Below are positions 23,848 through 36,700 of a stretch of DNA of 61,173 bases, in pieces. This stretch comes from Acanthaster planci (Eukaryota), in the NCBI RefSeq assembly GCF_001949145.1, contig NW_019091362.1:682670-743842 (forward strand), given 5' to 3'. A program made the translations under genes and the position numbers. The notes under the pieces were generated by a model. That model was not told where the DNA came from, did not search any database, and saw only the letters and a list, made by a program, of their open reading frames with translations. Position 1 is the first letter of the stretch; each line of letters begins with the position of its first letter.

Positions 23848-26657
23848 GTTTTAACTAGACCGCCCCCTTGACCATTTCATTGTGGAAATTTTGCCTTTCC
23901 ATTGTAAGGCAATTGTGAAAATTTACCAAATTTGATTTTTTTTAAACCCTTCAACAACAACAAAATACTTCCTGCCTTACCTGTTGTTCCGAAGGTCTTC
24001 AAGCATGACTTCTTTCATCTTGTGAGCCTGCTCAAGAGTGAACTGAGGATCGTCTCCAAAAAGCTCAACCATCCTCAAGCGGATCATCTCATCGGAGGCT
24101 AAAGAGCTAATCCTCTTGGGAGCTTCTTCCCCGAAGAAATCAGCCAAGTCGAAGTCCTCCTTCGCCAATCCCAAGACGAAGTCCAGGGCTCTTTCACCGT
24201 ACACAGGCTGCTTGAGGTGAGGATCCCGACCCGTAGTGATTTTGGTTACGTTAGTGGCAGCCTTCCTCAGATACGAGCAGTTGTATTTCTTGAGAATCTT
24301 CTTGTTGCCGAGGCGGATGAGGTTCATCATGGTAACGCATGTGGATGCGTTGCCCATGGCAGCACCTTCGATGCAGATGCTGCCCCAGGTTCCATCAGCA
24401 CCATACATCAAACTCTACAATGTAAAAACAAACGCAAAGTGTAAAGCTGAAATATCATATAAGGCTACTCATTCTTTATTTATCTTTGAAGTTTATTAAG
24501 TTTACATGGTCGTCGCTAGGTTTTCCCCGGGGCCAACCACTCGTTCGGGGGGGGGGTAAGCACTCATTGGCTATAACTTGATAATCTGTTAACAACGGGA
24601 GGGGTTAGCGTTAATAAATTGGTGATTTTCATCCCGTTTCATAATGTTTTTCTTTTTTCCTTTTATCTCCATCTTGAGCCCCCTGCCCTTTTGTGACTGG
24701 TCGTGCCATTTAGCGTTAACTAGCGTCAATAAGTGTCAACACACATGTAGCGTTGATAAAGTGTCAACACTTGTATGTACCCTCTAAAGATTTAACAAGT
24801 GGTTTTGTTACATTGAAGAGACTTCAAGCTAAAATCTGTAACTGTGTAAGAAACATGGTGAATTTGCTTCCACATTCTTGCAGGAAAAAGAGAACGAACA
24901 CGGAAGACGAAAATGTGATGCATTTAATATGATTTTTGGGAGCGTAATTAACATGAGTCTTGCATAATAACACAACTTTTTGCATAAATATGCTTGATTA
25001 ACTTATTGGCGCTTTGATGCGCTCGCTGACGCTCGTTGACCAGCGGTGTATCCAGCTTGTGGTGTCGGGGAATTCAAAAGCACGAAGGCGGCTTCGGGTT
25101 CATTCAACATGATTTGGCGGAGAGGAAACATCAAACGCTTACTCGCCGTCCTGAAACATTGCCTTATAATTTCATGGTGTTGGTCCGGGTTTTTGCTAAT
25201 ATCTGATAAATAAATGAACGATAAATTTTCTTACCAATGAAGTATTCCTTGTTTGACGCAAATTTAAAACAACCCATAAATTTAAATATTGCCCGACTAC
25301 CTCCTTGAATGCTGACACAGATGTTGCATTGACTAGAGATTGTGGCACTTTCCTTGGTTGGTAAGTGTGTGATTTCAGTATAGTATCAATGTTGCTTATG
25401 TAGGGATTTGAAACACCATGTCAAATAATTGGTTATGTTTTGTCCATTGTTGACGTCGTCCACCTCTATTACCATAGCATGTCCTCTGAAGATGGAGATG
25501 TATTCCAAGAGAGCTGATTGTGCTCCAAACGTATTCAATGCCCTCAGTGCCGTTAGTTAATGCTCAGAACTACACGTATAATGGTTTTTATCAATTTGTG
25601 GCATTTCCCGGCTCAACTGTCAGTTTCGTCTGGTTAAGATTTGAACAGGCGTTTGGATTGATGTCACAAGATGCCAGTACATCAATCAGGAAAGTTGCAG
25701 ATGTCTCTCCAATAGTAAGCAATGTGGTTTTCGAGATACCTGAGAAGATTTCTTTATTGAGCCTTTATATTGTCTAGACAAGAACCGCCACTGCCCAGGC
25801 ACTCACTTCCATTGAACTTATTGTTCAGCACACGATGGGTCCAGCAGAGAATACAAAGGAAGTATTCCACACAAAGCACTGATCTATGCACACTTGACTG
25901 AGCGGAGCTTTTAGTACATTTGATACGCGATATGCAGCAAAGGGGGACCCCGCAATTGTGTCTCCTCTTTTGTGTTTACGGAATCTGTGGAATTCCTTTC
26001 AGATTTCCAGGGGTGCAGTACGAACAATAGCCTGAGGGTATATGGCTTGTGCATCACATTAGGGGTCCCGTTGCCGCATGTAGTGTTTGGTATAGCCTGC
26101 TATGGATTGCACCTCCGGCAGTACAAGATAACAAGGTAAGAGTTTTCTTCTGAAGCCAGAATTTTACCATTCAACGTTTTGCAGCATCCGCATAGCACAA
26201 GCTTACAATAAGTGTGAAGTGGATATCAATAACAAAGTCAAAATAGAGAAATATCGGCAAAATAGAGAGAAAAAAATGCAACAGGATTTTTTAGGAGCTG
26301 CCATCCATTGGGGCGCACTCAAACTCAATGTAGGGTAAAAGGCCATTTTGTGGCGATTCAATGTCTTTAAATCCTTTTTCCAACAAACGAGGCAAATATC
26401 AGGCTTAGACCTTGACTGCGGGTTGCATATATTAATTTTATTATATCATCTCTTCACCAGAATTAAATAATTGCCAGAGACAAAGCGGAAATCGTGTGGT
26501 TTTTGGTTTCATTTTTATAAATACCCGTTTCTGTCTTCGAGGGGAATGTCACACAAAAGTAATTCTAACACAGAAATATATCCCAAACGAAAGCAAAAAA
26601 AGAAGGGGAGACTTTGGGAAACGTTCATTTTTTGTTTCATTCATTAATCTAACCTTA

Positions 26658-27969
26658 GGGGTCCGGACAACTCGACCGTTTGCCAACTCGACTTCGGACA
26701 ATTCAACCCTTGAGACAACTAAACCGTTTGCCAAGTCGTCCGTTAGGACAACTCGACTTTGACAGAGAGACAACTCGACCAGTGAGATCTAATGCAGTCG
26801 TTTTCCCAGTTCAAGGTAGCGAAATTATTCAGTCAGATTGTAGCTCTACAAAAATCCTCGAATTCCAGTGAAATGTGGTCACCGTCCACTTGTGTGATAG
26901 AGATACCACGGTTACCACCAAATCAGTTTCAAATTTTAAACTTTTAATTTGGACGTACGGGATCGACGGAAGTGGTGACACTTTTTCTCGTTCTGGATCG
27001 GTTTCCGGAAAGAAACCACGCGAGCCTCAAATATATTTTCAGCCAGAACCAGTGTAAAAAGCTTATTTCCTAATGAAAAATTTCTCAATTTAGAAAAACC
27101 TTGTTAATAAATAAGAATTCCAATGAATAAAAAAAATGGATCTTGTGTAAAGTTCGACTCAACCTTTTCAGCTGCACAGCGTGAGCCATCAACGATACTA
27201 CATCGTGCTGAACATGCACAGCCGACAAACCCATTACGTCACATACATTTCTGGAACGTCCGTATTAGCGAGATGAGTTCGCAAAGCATATTGCGCGCAT
27301 GCACTTAATGCGCGACCCAAACTAGGAAACAATATGCGTTCAGTTTTCGGCCACTTTTAATAAAACGTACCTTTGAAACTCATTTTGATTAAACAGACAG
27401 TAGATGCAAGTGTTTATATGACTGTTGAGTATGAAGGATTTGGGATCACTCGTAGTGAGTGAGAAATATCGCCATACACTATTCGTCATTCGTCCGAGAG
27501 CAAGTTTTGTTCAAGAAGAAGTTTACATTTCACTTTGAAACCAGAATCTGTCTGAGAATGTAGAACTAGAGGACAACACCAAGGAGGTATTTTTTTTTAT
27601 TTCAAGCGATCCGGAACTAGGAAGACGACTGTAATTAATATGGCCGGGTATATACTTGCAGCGTGGGTGCAAGATCGGTTGCTTGCGCAAAGATTGACTT
27701 ACTACAGCAACCATTTTTATAGATACCTCAGAAATTGGGCTTGTCTAATATTCTACTACATGAAATTCCATCCTATCATTAAGGTATACAGTGTATAGTA
27801 TTTTACACTGTGACCTCAGTAGACGACTGGGCTGAGCGGAGAGTGTTCCAACAGACGACTTGTCCCAACGGACGACTTGTCTCTCCCTTTTACGCACAGA
27901 CGGTCGAGTTGTCTCAACCGTCGAGTTGTCCGGATTCCAGTTGGCAAACGGCCGAGTTGTCCGGACCCC
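26658..27969. mobile_element. Non-autonomous TIR DNA transposon (~1.3 kb) with subterminal gacaactcgac repeats
   Basis: ggggtccggacaactcgaccgtttgccaac at the left end and gttggcaaacggccgagttgtccggacccc at the right end. Confidence 0.7.
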
Positions 27970-30900
27970 AGCTCCCCAACGAGCTACTGAACCGATTGTA
28001 GGTCAACTCGCCCCCTGGCAGGCTCACCCCTTACCGACTCGCCCCTTACCATCCCGCCTCCTAGCCAACTCGCCCCTTGGCCGAGTGGCCCCTAGCCGAT
28101 TCCATCAGGGGCCTATGCATGAATGTCTACATAACAATGACAATCTTGCACTTTGGCTTTCAATGCACGCTCAGTAACTAACAACTTTTCATAAAGATAA
28201 AACACTGAGCTTACCTCGAGCTGTGAGGTGTCTGCGTAGCCATACTTCTCGTGGATGTGTACCAGCAATTTTCCATTCCAGTTGTGAGCATCCATGATCT
28301 TACGGATGTACTTGGCCCAGCTACCGCACTCCTCAGGCATACAGGTGCCCTTGGCCTCCTCGAACAGCAAACCAAAGGGACGGACATCCTCGGGCATCTC
28401 GGCCAAGAACTTGACCAGCTGGAAGGCCCGGACGGGCACTGTGTGCATGATATCGGTCAGATCTCGCAAGTTGACCAGGACTTTGGCGTCTCGATTCAGG
28501 TTGTCGTACACCCACAAGATCCACTTCTCGACCAGCGCGCACAGGTCCTTCATGCTGAAGCGGCTGAAGTCGTACACCGCATCGGCCGAAGTCCACCTCT
28601 AAGATCGCGTTCCAAAGCCCCGTCTCCTTCATCTTGCACAATCCTACGGGGACGGTCTCTGTGTCTGGAATCCTATCTTTTGTGCCTTTGAATAAAGAAT
28701 AAAAATAAGTATGGTGGCATGTTTCCATTTTAATATTTTGTGCCCAAACCCCGAAAGCCTTTGCTTATGAATGTTTTTTGCTTGTCTCCTCTGCCTTGCT
28801 TTGATCATAATGACTGGGATGGATCTTGGTTTACATCAGAATTGCGTTATACTTAAAGAGGTGTCTTTGAGTTAGGATAGGTTTGTTGGTTAGATTGGAA
28901 TGAGTTACAACCCAAACAATACGTTTGGCTGGATTTGAACTTCACAATATCACTTACCTGCAGTTACCTCAGAGAAAGCATACAACCCTCTGGGGTTCTC
29001 GCCTTGTTGCACCAGCTTCTTCACGAAGACGTCATCCACGCGCGTCATGTGCGAGAACGCGGCAACGATGATGTCGCTGAATCCACACCGTTTGACTTCA
29101 TCGAATACCCGCCACTTGTCCTCCAGAGTATGCCCCCGTAACTGTCCCACGGTGCTCTCACGGATCGAGTTATCCAGGACGAACAAGTCCATGTCACGCA
29201 AACGGTTGTACTTTTGGGTTTCTTTGTCAACATAAGCGGTGTAATCTACCGCGAGTTTGTCCATGCTCTGAACATGCTTTGTGTAGAAATCAGTCATAAA
29301 TTTTTCCACGCTCTCGATTTTGTTCTTGAGCAACTGAAACATGTTGGCTCTGGGTGGTTGGTCTTCTCCTGATGGAATGCACGAGTTTAAATACTGCACA
29401 AGGACTAAGCTATCAAACTCTATATCCCGTCCTATTGACACCACCGGTCTTATTGGTGCTATGCAATAACAGTGTTCAACGTGGGTCATGTCATGTGCAT
29501 TCAAATGAATCGGGTATGCTGACGCCAAAGGGCGTTCTCCACATAGCCTACTTACGAACAGTGTTCTGAAATACTGATTACGAACGCCAAGTGCAAAAGC
29601 AATACAGCTGGGCAACGATTCGAGATGGCAGCCAGTAGCCATAGAAAACTGAATTTAAAAATTTGGATGTTGTATGAGTTGGTATTTATGGATGGCATTT
29701 ATGGTGTTGGTATTTATGGATCGATTCATCCATCATTTACACTGTGAAAAATTGTGTAACTGAACAGTTCTTTTTCTGTTGCAAGTGTCAATAAACTATT
29801 GTAGATATTACTGTTTTGGGAGTATTCTGTAAATAATTGCTCCGCTCTGTTCCACTCGCCGCATATTTTTCCCGCTCTTCTCTGTTCGGTTACAGACAGA
29901 TCGCTATTGAATTAAAGTTCTGTCCTTGAACAAGAAACGTCATGTTATTAGCAAGCCGTCTGTGCCTTTACTGTTCATACACAGTAACATCACTGTTTCC
30001 TGAGAGATATTCCTCCTTTGCCGTATAAGAATTCATTCAGGCTGCATACAGCCAATGAAAACCGAGGACAAACATAAGAAAAGCACCCACATAGTGATGC
30101 AAGTAAAATTCAACAGTTGCTAATAAGAAACCTCTGGATACCTTTTTATTTTACTGAACGGCAAAGCTTTAAAAAAGGTGTGTGTGCACCAAAACGGATA
30201 GGGATGTCAGAATAGGAAATAAGAAACTCCAAAGGAAACCAAACCGTAGCAACTGTGCGAATGTGACTACGGGTTGACAAAAATGAGTAGGATTTGCTGA
30301 AATTGGAAGGGAAAACTTATGGGTAATCTTTGCAATTGATCGTACTGTTAGTGAAAAAATAATTAACCTTCCGTGTATATTTAAAGCTTTGATTGTTGGG
30401 GATTTTCACATGAGAGAGAAGAAAGTTTGGTGATTATAATGTGTAGTTATGTGCGTTAATAAAACTACTTCGGTTCATGCCTTGTTCTTCAAAAATCTGC
30501 CGTCTAGTGTGACTGAATATTCGAATGCTCGATTAAATAGAAGGTCAATATTCGGATATTCAATTATTTGACTTCAACCAGCCTTACCATCTCGACAAAC
30601 ATCGCGAATAATTCAAGTTTCCTGCGCGCGCAGCCTGTGAATAAGATTTGTCAACCATTTCCCACAATATACTCCGAAAAAGGCAAATCTTTGGCAACCT
30701 CCTAGACTGTTTTTTGGGGTGGTCCTTTTTTTTCGATCTAAATATCTTCAAAAAAGTCGTTCTGTAACTCACCAAAACATTGAAGGGAAAGTTTGAAATT
30801 GAAAGTTTGAATACCGGTTGACCCCAGCCTCGTGGATCCGCGCCTGATACCCTACTGTTGCTGCTATTTTGTGGTTGAAGAACCTGCACTTACAGAGTTT

Positions 30901-33099
30901 GTAAAAGGTATTCAACCAAACCCTAGACTTTGTCGCGACCATGCAGATTATATTCAACTTAGATTTGAAAGGATCAGCAACTGAATGAATTTGTATAAGG
31001 ATGGTTAGTCTCATTTTCGTATGCCACACTAAAGGCCACAATGATGAATCGTCTGCCAGCCAGTAGAAAAAGGAAGACCTGCTATGGTTCAGTATCCTAT
31101 ACAAAATGAAGGTTCTTCACCAAAAGAGCCATGGAAGGGCATTGATCTGGAACTGTGCGACTACGGCCATGGCCTAAGAGTAAGATAGTGTGTGAATGGC
31201 TTCTTATTGCCGGAGCCACGCAGCAACAATATACATATTGGTTATTGTTATTTTGGTGAAGAGAGGCCTACTTCATTGATTTTATATAGGATGCTGAACC
31301 ATAGACCTTCACCAAACCACAGTCTGCATTAGTCAACAAAGAGTTGAAAGGGACAATAACTGCTCTCGTGTATTACCAAGTTTCTTTTTCTGAAACAGGA
31401 ATGGTCAAAATGATGGATCCTCTGTCAGTGTGAGGATCAAGGCACAGTTATTACCTATTCTTAACAAGGACTCTGTCGGCAACGACAAGGTAAATTCATT
31501 ACCCCAAGCGGCGGTGGCGTGGGGACAATTTATTGTACTTTTTTTTAATAAACACGCCAGCACATTAAAAACGGTAAAACCACCTTTTATTTGAGTGTAG
31601 ATTCTTTTCACGGGTGAAAGAATGAAGAGTCGCAAACTGTCTGACCGATAAAAACCATTTTGCCCGTCCTAGTGGACCGTTGACCCGATATGCCACTCCT
31701 GAGGTATGAGTTTTTGATCCAGGTCAAAGCCCAGAATTGTTGACAACTTTTTACATCTTGCACTAGCAAACATCCGACACTGGTCGAATAATTATATTTA
31801 AGACAAGTCTAGTCAGAACCGAGAGAGAACAATTAACTTTTCAAATGGACCGAAGCACACTTAAAGACAATGATAATCAGGTATTACACATTGCAAGAAT
31901 TAATGATGTGCACATGCACCAATTTGTGCTTGATTGATACGCTGGGCCAACAGGTGTCAGTCTAAGAACAGATGAGGCCAGGTAATGGGTCTCAACTTGG
32001 CAGAATTGAGAATTTAATTCTCGATATCAGGAAAGGTAGGGGGCATCTAAGACCTGTCTTTAGATTTCAAACTGAAGTATTGTAACGAAAATCACTTCCA
32101 TCTTTCTTTTACCGACTTATAGTTTCCTCCACTGCAAACTAAGAATTTTACTTGCTGACAATGTCAGTTGTTCCTTATTCTTAGCGGAATCCCACCGCTG
32201 CCATCAAAAACTGTAACGAAATCCTTTTAACAAGGAATTCGCTATAGTAGAGGGAGTACACACAAAATAACGTCAACTGTCAAAGGAATTAAAAATGGTC
32301 GCCACTCGTCATACTGTCTGACATTTATTCCAAGAAAAGAATGACTCAATTCAAAATTTTTCTGAGCTGTTTACAGTTTGGCAGTGACGATTCAACAAAA
32401 AATGTAACAGCAATAAATACTGTGACGTAACAGAGGGCGCTTGGCGAGGGGGTGGGATGAAACCAGCCACACGGTAACAAGGGCAGATGTTTATGCACGC
32501 ATCTGGTGACACCATTATTCAAATCCCAAGAACAGGACTACAGTGTAATCCCGGAATATCTTATTTTAAAGATAGTACAAACCAGCCTCGGTCAGTCTGT
32601 GAAATATTTCCGCCTAGACCGCAGAAGCTTTCGAGAAAACAGAAAGATTTTTCTCTTTCTTCGCGATGGTGAGCCGACCATAGTTTTAAAGTTCGCCTCG
32701 CACATAGACTTGACCAAGTCGGGATCCTCATTGACGTAGTCAGCGTTTATGCTTCGGTATGTGGATGCTGCCACGGTGTTACTTGCTTTGCGCCCTCTTG
32801 TGTCCTCTTTATTACTGCGAGTTCAGAAATCCCGACTTGACGAATCTGCAGACCGTCTGTACGCAGCGAATTAGCTCATCTACCAAAAGTGGTAGCAGAC
32901 AATCAAATTACCGGAATTGTTTTTACGTCGTTCTTACCCCATTATAATGGACGAGTCTATGAGTCTGACTACTTTGATTGGTGACAGCTCCGTGTACGTG
33001 AAGCAAGATCATGTCGTTCTTATGCAAATTTAGTTTTGTTTGTTTGAGCGGCCGAAATACCGGAACGGGCGAATACTACCTTTGGATGGAATGCTGTGG

Positions 33100-36000
33100 T
33101 GTTAGCTCATTCCACTCCCTTGTGCTTGATTCAATGAAACTATTTCCATTGTAGTGATTCCAGGCGTATACTACTTATACGGCGTGCATATTGCCGAGCT
33201 TTTCACTTTCAGGCCAACGCTTCATGTCGAGTATCGACCACACTTTCTAGCTCTCGTTTATGCACGTTAAATTCTTGTATTTCTAGTGCTTCGTTTGTTT
33301 GTTCTTTATATTCCAGGCGTGTCAAATGATGGCTGTTTTAACTTCATAATTCACGGACATTGGTTCCGTGACTGCCCCTTCGCCTTTAACCCTACAATGC
33401 CGCACCGAGTTAGACCCAAAGCACAGTCGGCACTCCCGCTTGGGTACATCAACTACCATACCAGAGGCATCCCGTAGCAAGCGCCAAACATTCTGCGACC
33501 TGTCTGTGCCTTCGGTCCTGCAATTGAGGGACCCGTCTCAGGATATACAACCAAGTCAGCAATCGCCGATAGCAAGCCCTCCTCTACATGATTTCACCTG
33601 CCCTAAGGTGTCTAACTTGTATGGCAAGTTCAGCGACGTATAGGAGGTAAATTGTGATTATGAATCATGTTGTGCTACGGATATCCCCTCGGATAATATT
33701 AATGTTATAAAGGAAGGTTGCATGAGCATTCCAGTATTGGCAGAAGATAGGTGCCTCTTCAATGATAATGTCGGTCATTGAACAAGGATATCGAATCCCG
33801 TTTATCACTCCACCCCATTGTTTATTTTCTAATAACAATAAATCCGCTATTCTTGAAGATGCCTTTGTGGTGGAATCTATTTTGAAATTGTTAAACTCTG
33901 GTAGGATCGTTGAGAAAACTGTTCCTTCTTTCGTGGTTAATCCATTGTCCGTTGCATATCAACCTACCGACAAACGCAGGCTTATTCTAGACCTCAGTAA
34001 AATAAATGAATTTATACTGTAGATTTCATTTAAACTGGACGACTGGAAAATAGGTCTTCAATTCTTGTCCAAAAATGCTCACGTTTTCTTTGGATTTAAA
34101 GTCCAGATACCAACACATTGATATTTTTGCCGATAACCAGAAATATTTAGGTTTCTCCTGGGTTATCAATGATGTTAGAAGGTATTTTGAATTTACAGTG
34201 TTGCCATTTGGTTTTTTATCAGCTTCATTGCTATTTACTATGATGATGATGAAGCCTCCCGTCACTCATTGGTGTGCCGCTGGTATTCTTGTCGCAATTC
34301 ATTTGGATGATGGGTTTTGTGTTATTCCTTTGACGTCAGGTGACAGTGCACTGAATCTAAGTGTGGCTACAGGTATTTCTAATGATCTAATTAGAGCTGG
34401 CTTTGTATATAACATCGGTAAAAGCTATTGGAATCCCACTTATAAAATTGAGTTGCTCGGTATGACTTGGGACACATCCTTGGAAACTTTGCAGGTCCTT
34501 CAGAAAAGGATAGATGAAATTCTCCACACAATACTGTAGCAGAGATTAAGGGGTCGGACATAATCACAAGGAAACTACATTCTTTCGTGGGACAAGTTAT
34601 ATCATTGGGTCCAGTGGTAGTTAATCTGTCTAGGTTAACCCACCCGGAACTGCCAGTTTACAATAGATGGAGCCTCCCACGAAGACCAATAGATAAGTCT
34701 GGATGAAAATTGCGTCGCTGAGTTGACATTTTGGGAGAATAATGTCTCCCCCCAAAAATGTAAGAAACATATTCACATCTGGCAAAGTAAACAAAATAAT
34801 ATGTTGTGATGCTAGTGCTGTTGGTTCGGGGGCAATAATACGCAACGATATCCACACCGCTCACAAAAACTGGAATGTTGAAGAAGCTAGGATGAGTTTT
34901 AAGTGGCGAGAGTTGAACACTGCTGCTTTTGCGGTTGCTTCTTTCTTGCCCATAATTTCTAATTCAAAAATATACGTATACCGACAGCCAATCTGCAGCC
35001 TATATTGCAGAGGTTGGAAGTACGAAACTCGATTTACAAAAACTTGCCATAGGTATTTTCAACACTTGTATTATGTCGGATTTAAGACTGGAAGTGGAAT
35101 GGATTCCGAGATCTATGAACGATCAAGCAGATTGTGTTAGTATATTGGTTGACACGGACGGTTGGATGATTTCACCACAGTTAATTGACACTATAAATGA
35201 TAGATAGGCCCTTTTACAATCGATTGTTTTGCAGCCATTTATAATGCAAAGTTACCTCGTTATTTTTCAAGATTTTGGAATCCCAAGACGTCGGGCATAG
35301 ATGCATTTGCTCAGGATTTGGCTCATGAGAATTGTCTCCTGGTACCGCCGATTGTATTGATTCCCAGTGTTTTAAAGCATCTGAAGTCTTGTAATGGTAA
35401 AGGAGTACTTGTATGTCCATGGTGGCCTTCCTCCCCATTTTGGCCGTTGCTTTGGTCTTATTATACGCCCTGGGTGAAAGATTTCATTTCTTTGGAAGGT
35501 CCAGATCTCTTGTACTTGGGCAGGAACAAGAATTCTCTGCTTGGATATAGTCCATTCAATAGCTCTATTTGTGCAGTATATATTGATTGTGCATAATTTC
35601 AATGAAATCTTTCTTTTGGTTTATAGATCATTCTCAAAGTTTTGGGTTGGGATTTCCTGGCAGATTGGAACATGGCAAGAGTCACATGTTTCAGAGCGTT
35701 TTATCCGCAAAGGCAGATGCAACTGTAGTAAGATACCTTTATAAATGTAGAGGGTTTTTGATTTGGCTAAAGGAACACGATTTTCCTCAGAAACTCCCAG
35801 TTGAAGATAGAGTAATAGCTTCCTTTTTTTATGAAAGATTGCGAGCCGCCAAATCTGACAGTACAATAATAATCACATCTTAAGCTATTAAGTGGTTGTA
35901 TTCATTGATCAATGTCGAACACAATCCTGTAGATTCTCCTATGTGGCAGCACATAATATTGACTCATAAACGATCTCTGCACAAACCTCCTGTTCAAAAG

Positions 36001-36700
36001 GAACCAATTAAGTTACACCAGGTTAAAGCCATAGTTAGAAAGTTTGCACACCCTGAAGCAAGCCTCACTCATTTACGAACGGCATGTCATGTTGCTCTGC
36101 AATATTTTTTATTGTTTAGGCATGACGAGATGGCACAGTTAAAAGCTAGCCATTTACAAGAATTGCCGAATGATTCTGGTTTGAGTATTTTTATACCAAG
36201 ATCCAAAACGGACATTTTTAGAGATGGAAACAAAACATATTTGTCAAAAACCCAAGATGAATACTGTCCAGTTACGATTTTAAAGAAATACATGGCAAAA
36301 TGTAACATAAACAGAGGAGATAATTCTTATATATTTATCCTCTCTGTCATATCACCCCAGCTTAGGTACTCGTACACCATTAGTAACAAAACCTTTAAGC
36401 TATTCAAGGTGCCGGGAAATGTTTTTAGATGCATTGAGGCAAATAGATATAGAGGACCCTAAGAAATATGGTTTGCATAGTTTAAGATCAGGTGGGGCCA
36501 CACATTTGGCTAATAAAGGGGTATCAGACAAAATCATCATGATGCATGGTAGATGGAAAACGAGTCAAGCTAAAAATAGATACGTAAAGTATAATTCCAA
36601 GCCACTGTCAAGCTAACCACATAAGTGTTTAATTTCTTTTCGTTTTCAGGCAAAAGCAAGGTTAGAGCAGAAAGAAAAGACGAAGTATATCTGCATAAAG
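33100..36700 (+). mobile_element. DIRS-like tyrosine-recombinase retrotransposon, degenerate (element 2)
   Basis: CFN(F)IIHGHWFRDCP knuckle (~33333), RT (VNPLSVA..RLILDLS, DLKSRYQHIDI, LPFG, IHLDDG), RNase H (CCDASAVG, KWRELNT), MT-like block (IDCFA..RYFSRFWNP..IDAFAQD..LVPP..PWWPSSPFWP), YR with FRHDE, HSLRSGGAT, HGRW and NRY. Confidence 0.92.

Larger units (their letters stand above)
22213..29342 (-). pseudogene. DRE-TIM (LeuA/homocitrate synthase-like)-EF-hand gene, copy B (most complete; one frameshift as assembled)
   Basis: Exons 29342-28958 (gccaacATG), 28685-28215, 24414-23981 and 22560-22213 (runs into N gap). Splice phases are consistent (1, 0, 2) if the extra base at ~28584 is removed. 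At least 545 codons. C-terminal EF-hand loop DMDADGQVDWSEF. Confidence 0.8.

Noticed and set aside
26658..28100. Short periodic repeats (gacaactcgac, actcgcccc) superficially like a CRISPR array
   Set aside because: Degenerate ~15-bp units without unique 30-40 bp spacers, arranged as inverted subterminal arrays of DNA transposons in a eukaryotic context; no cas genes.
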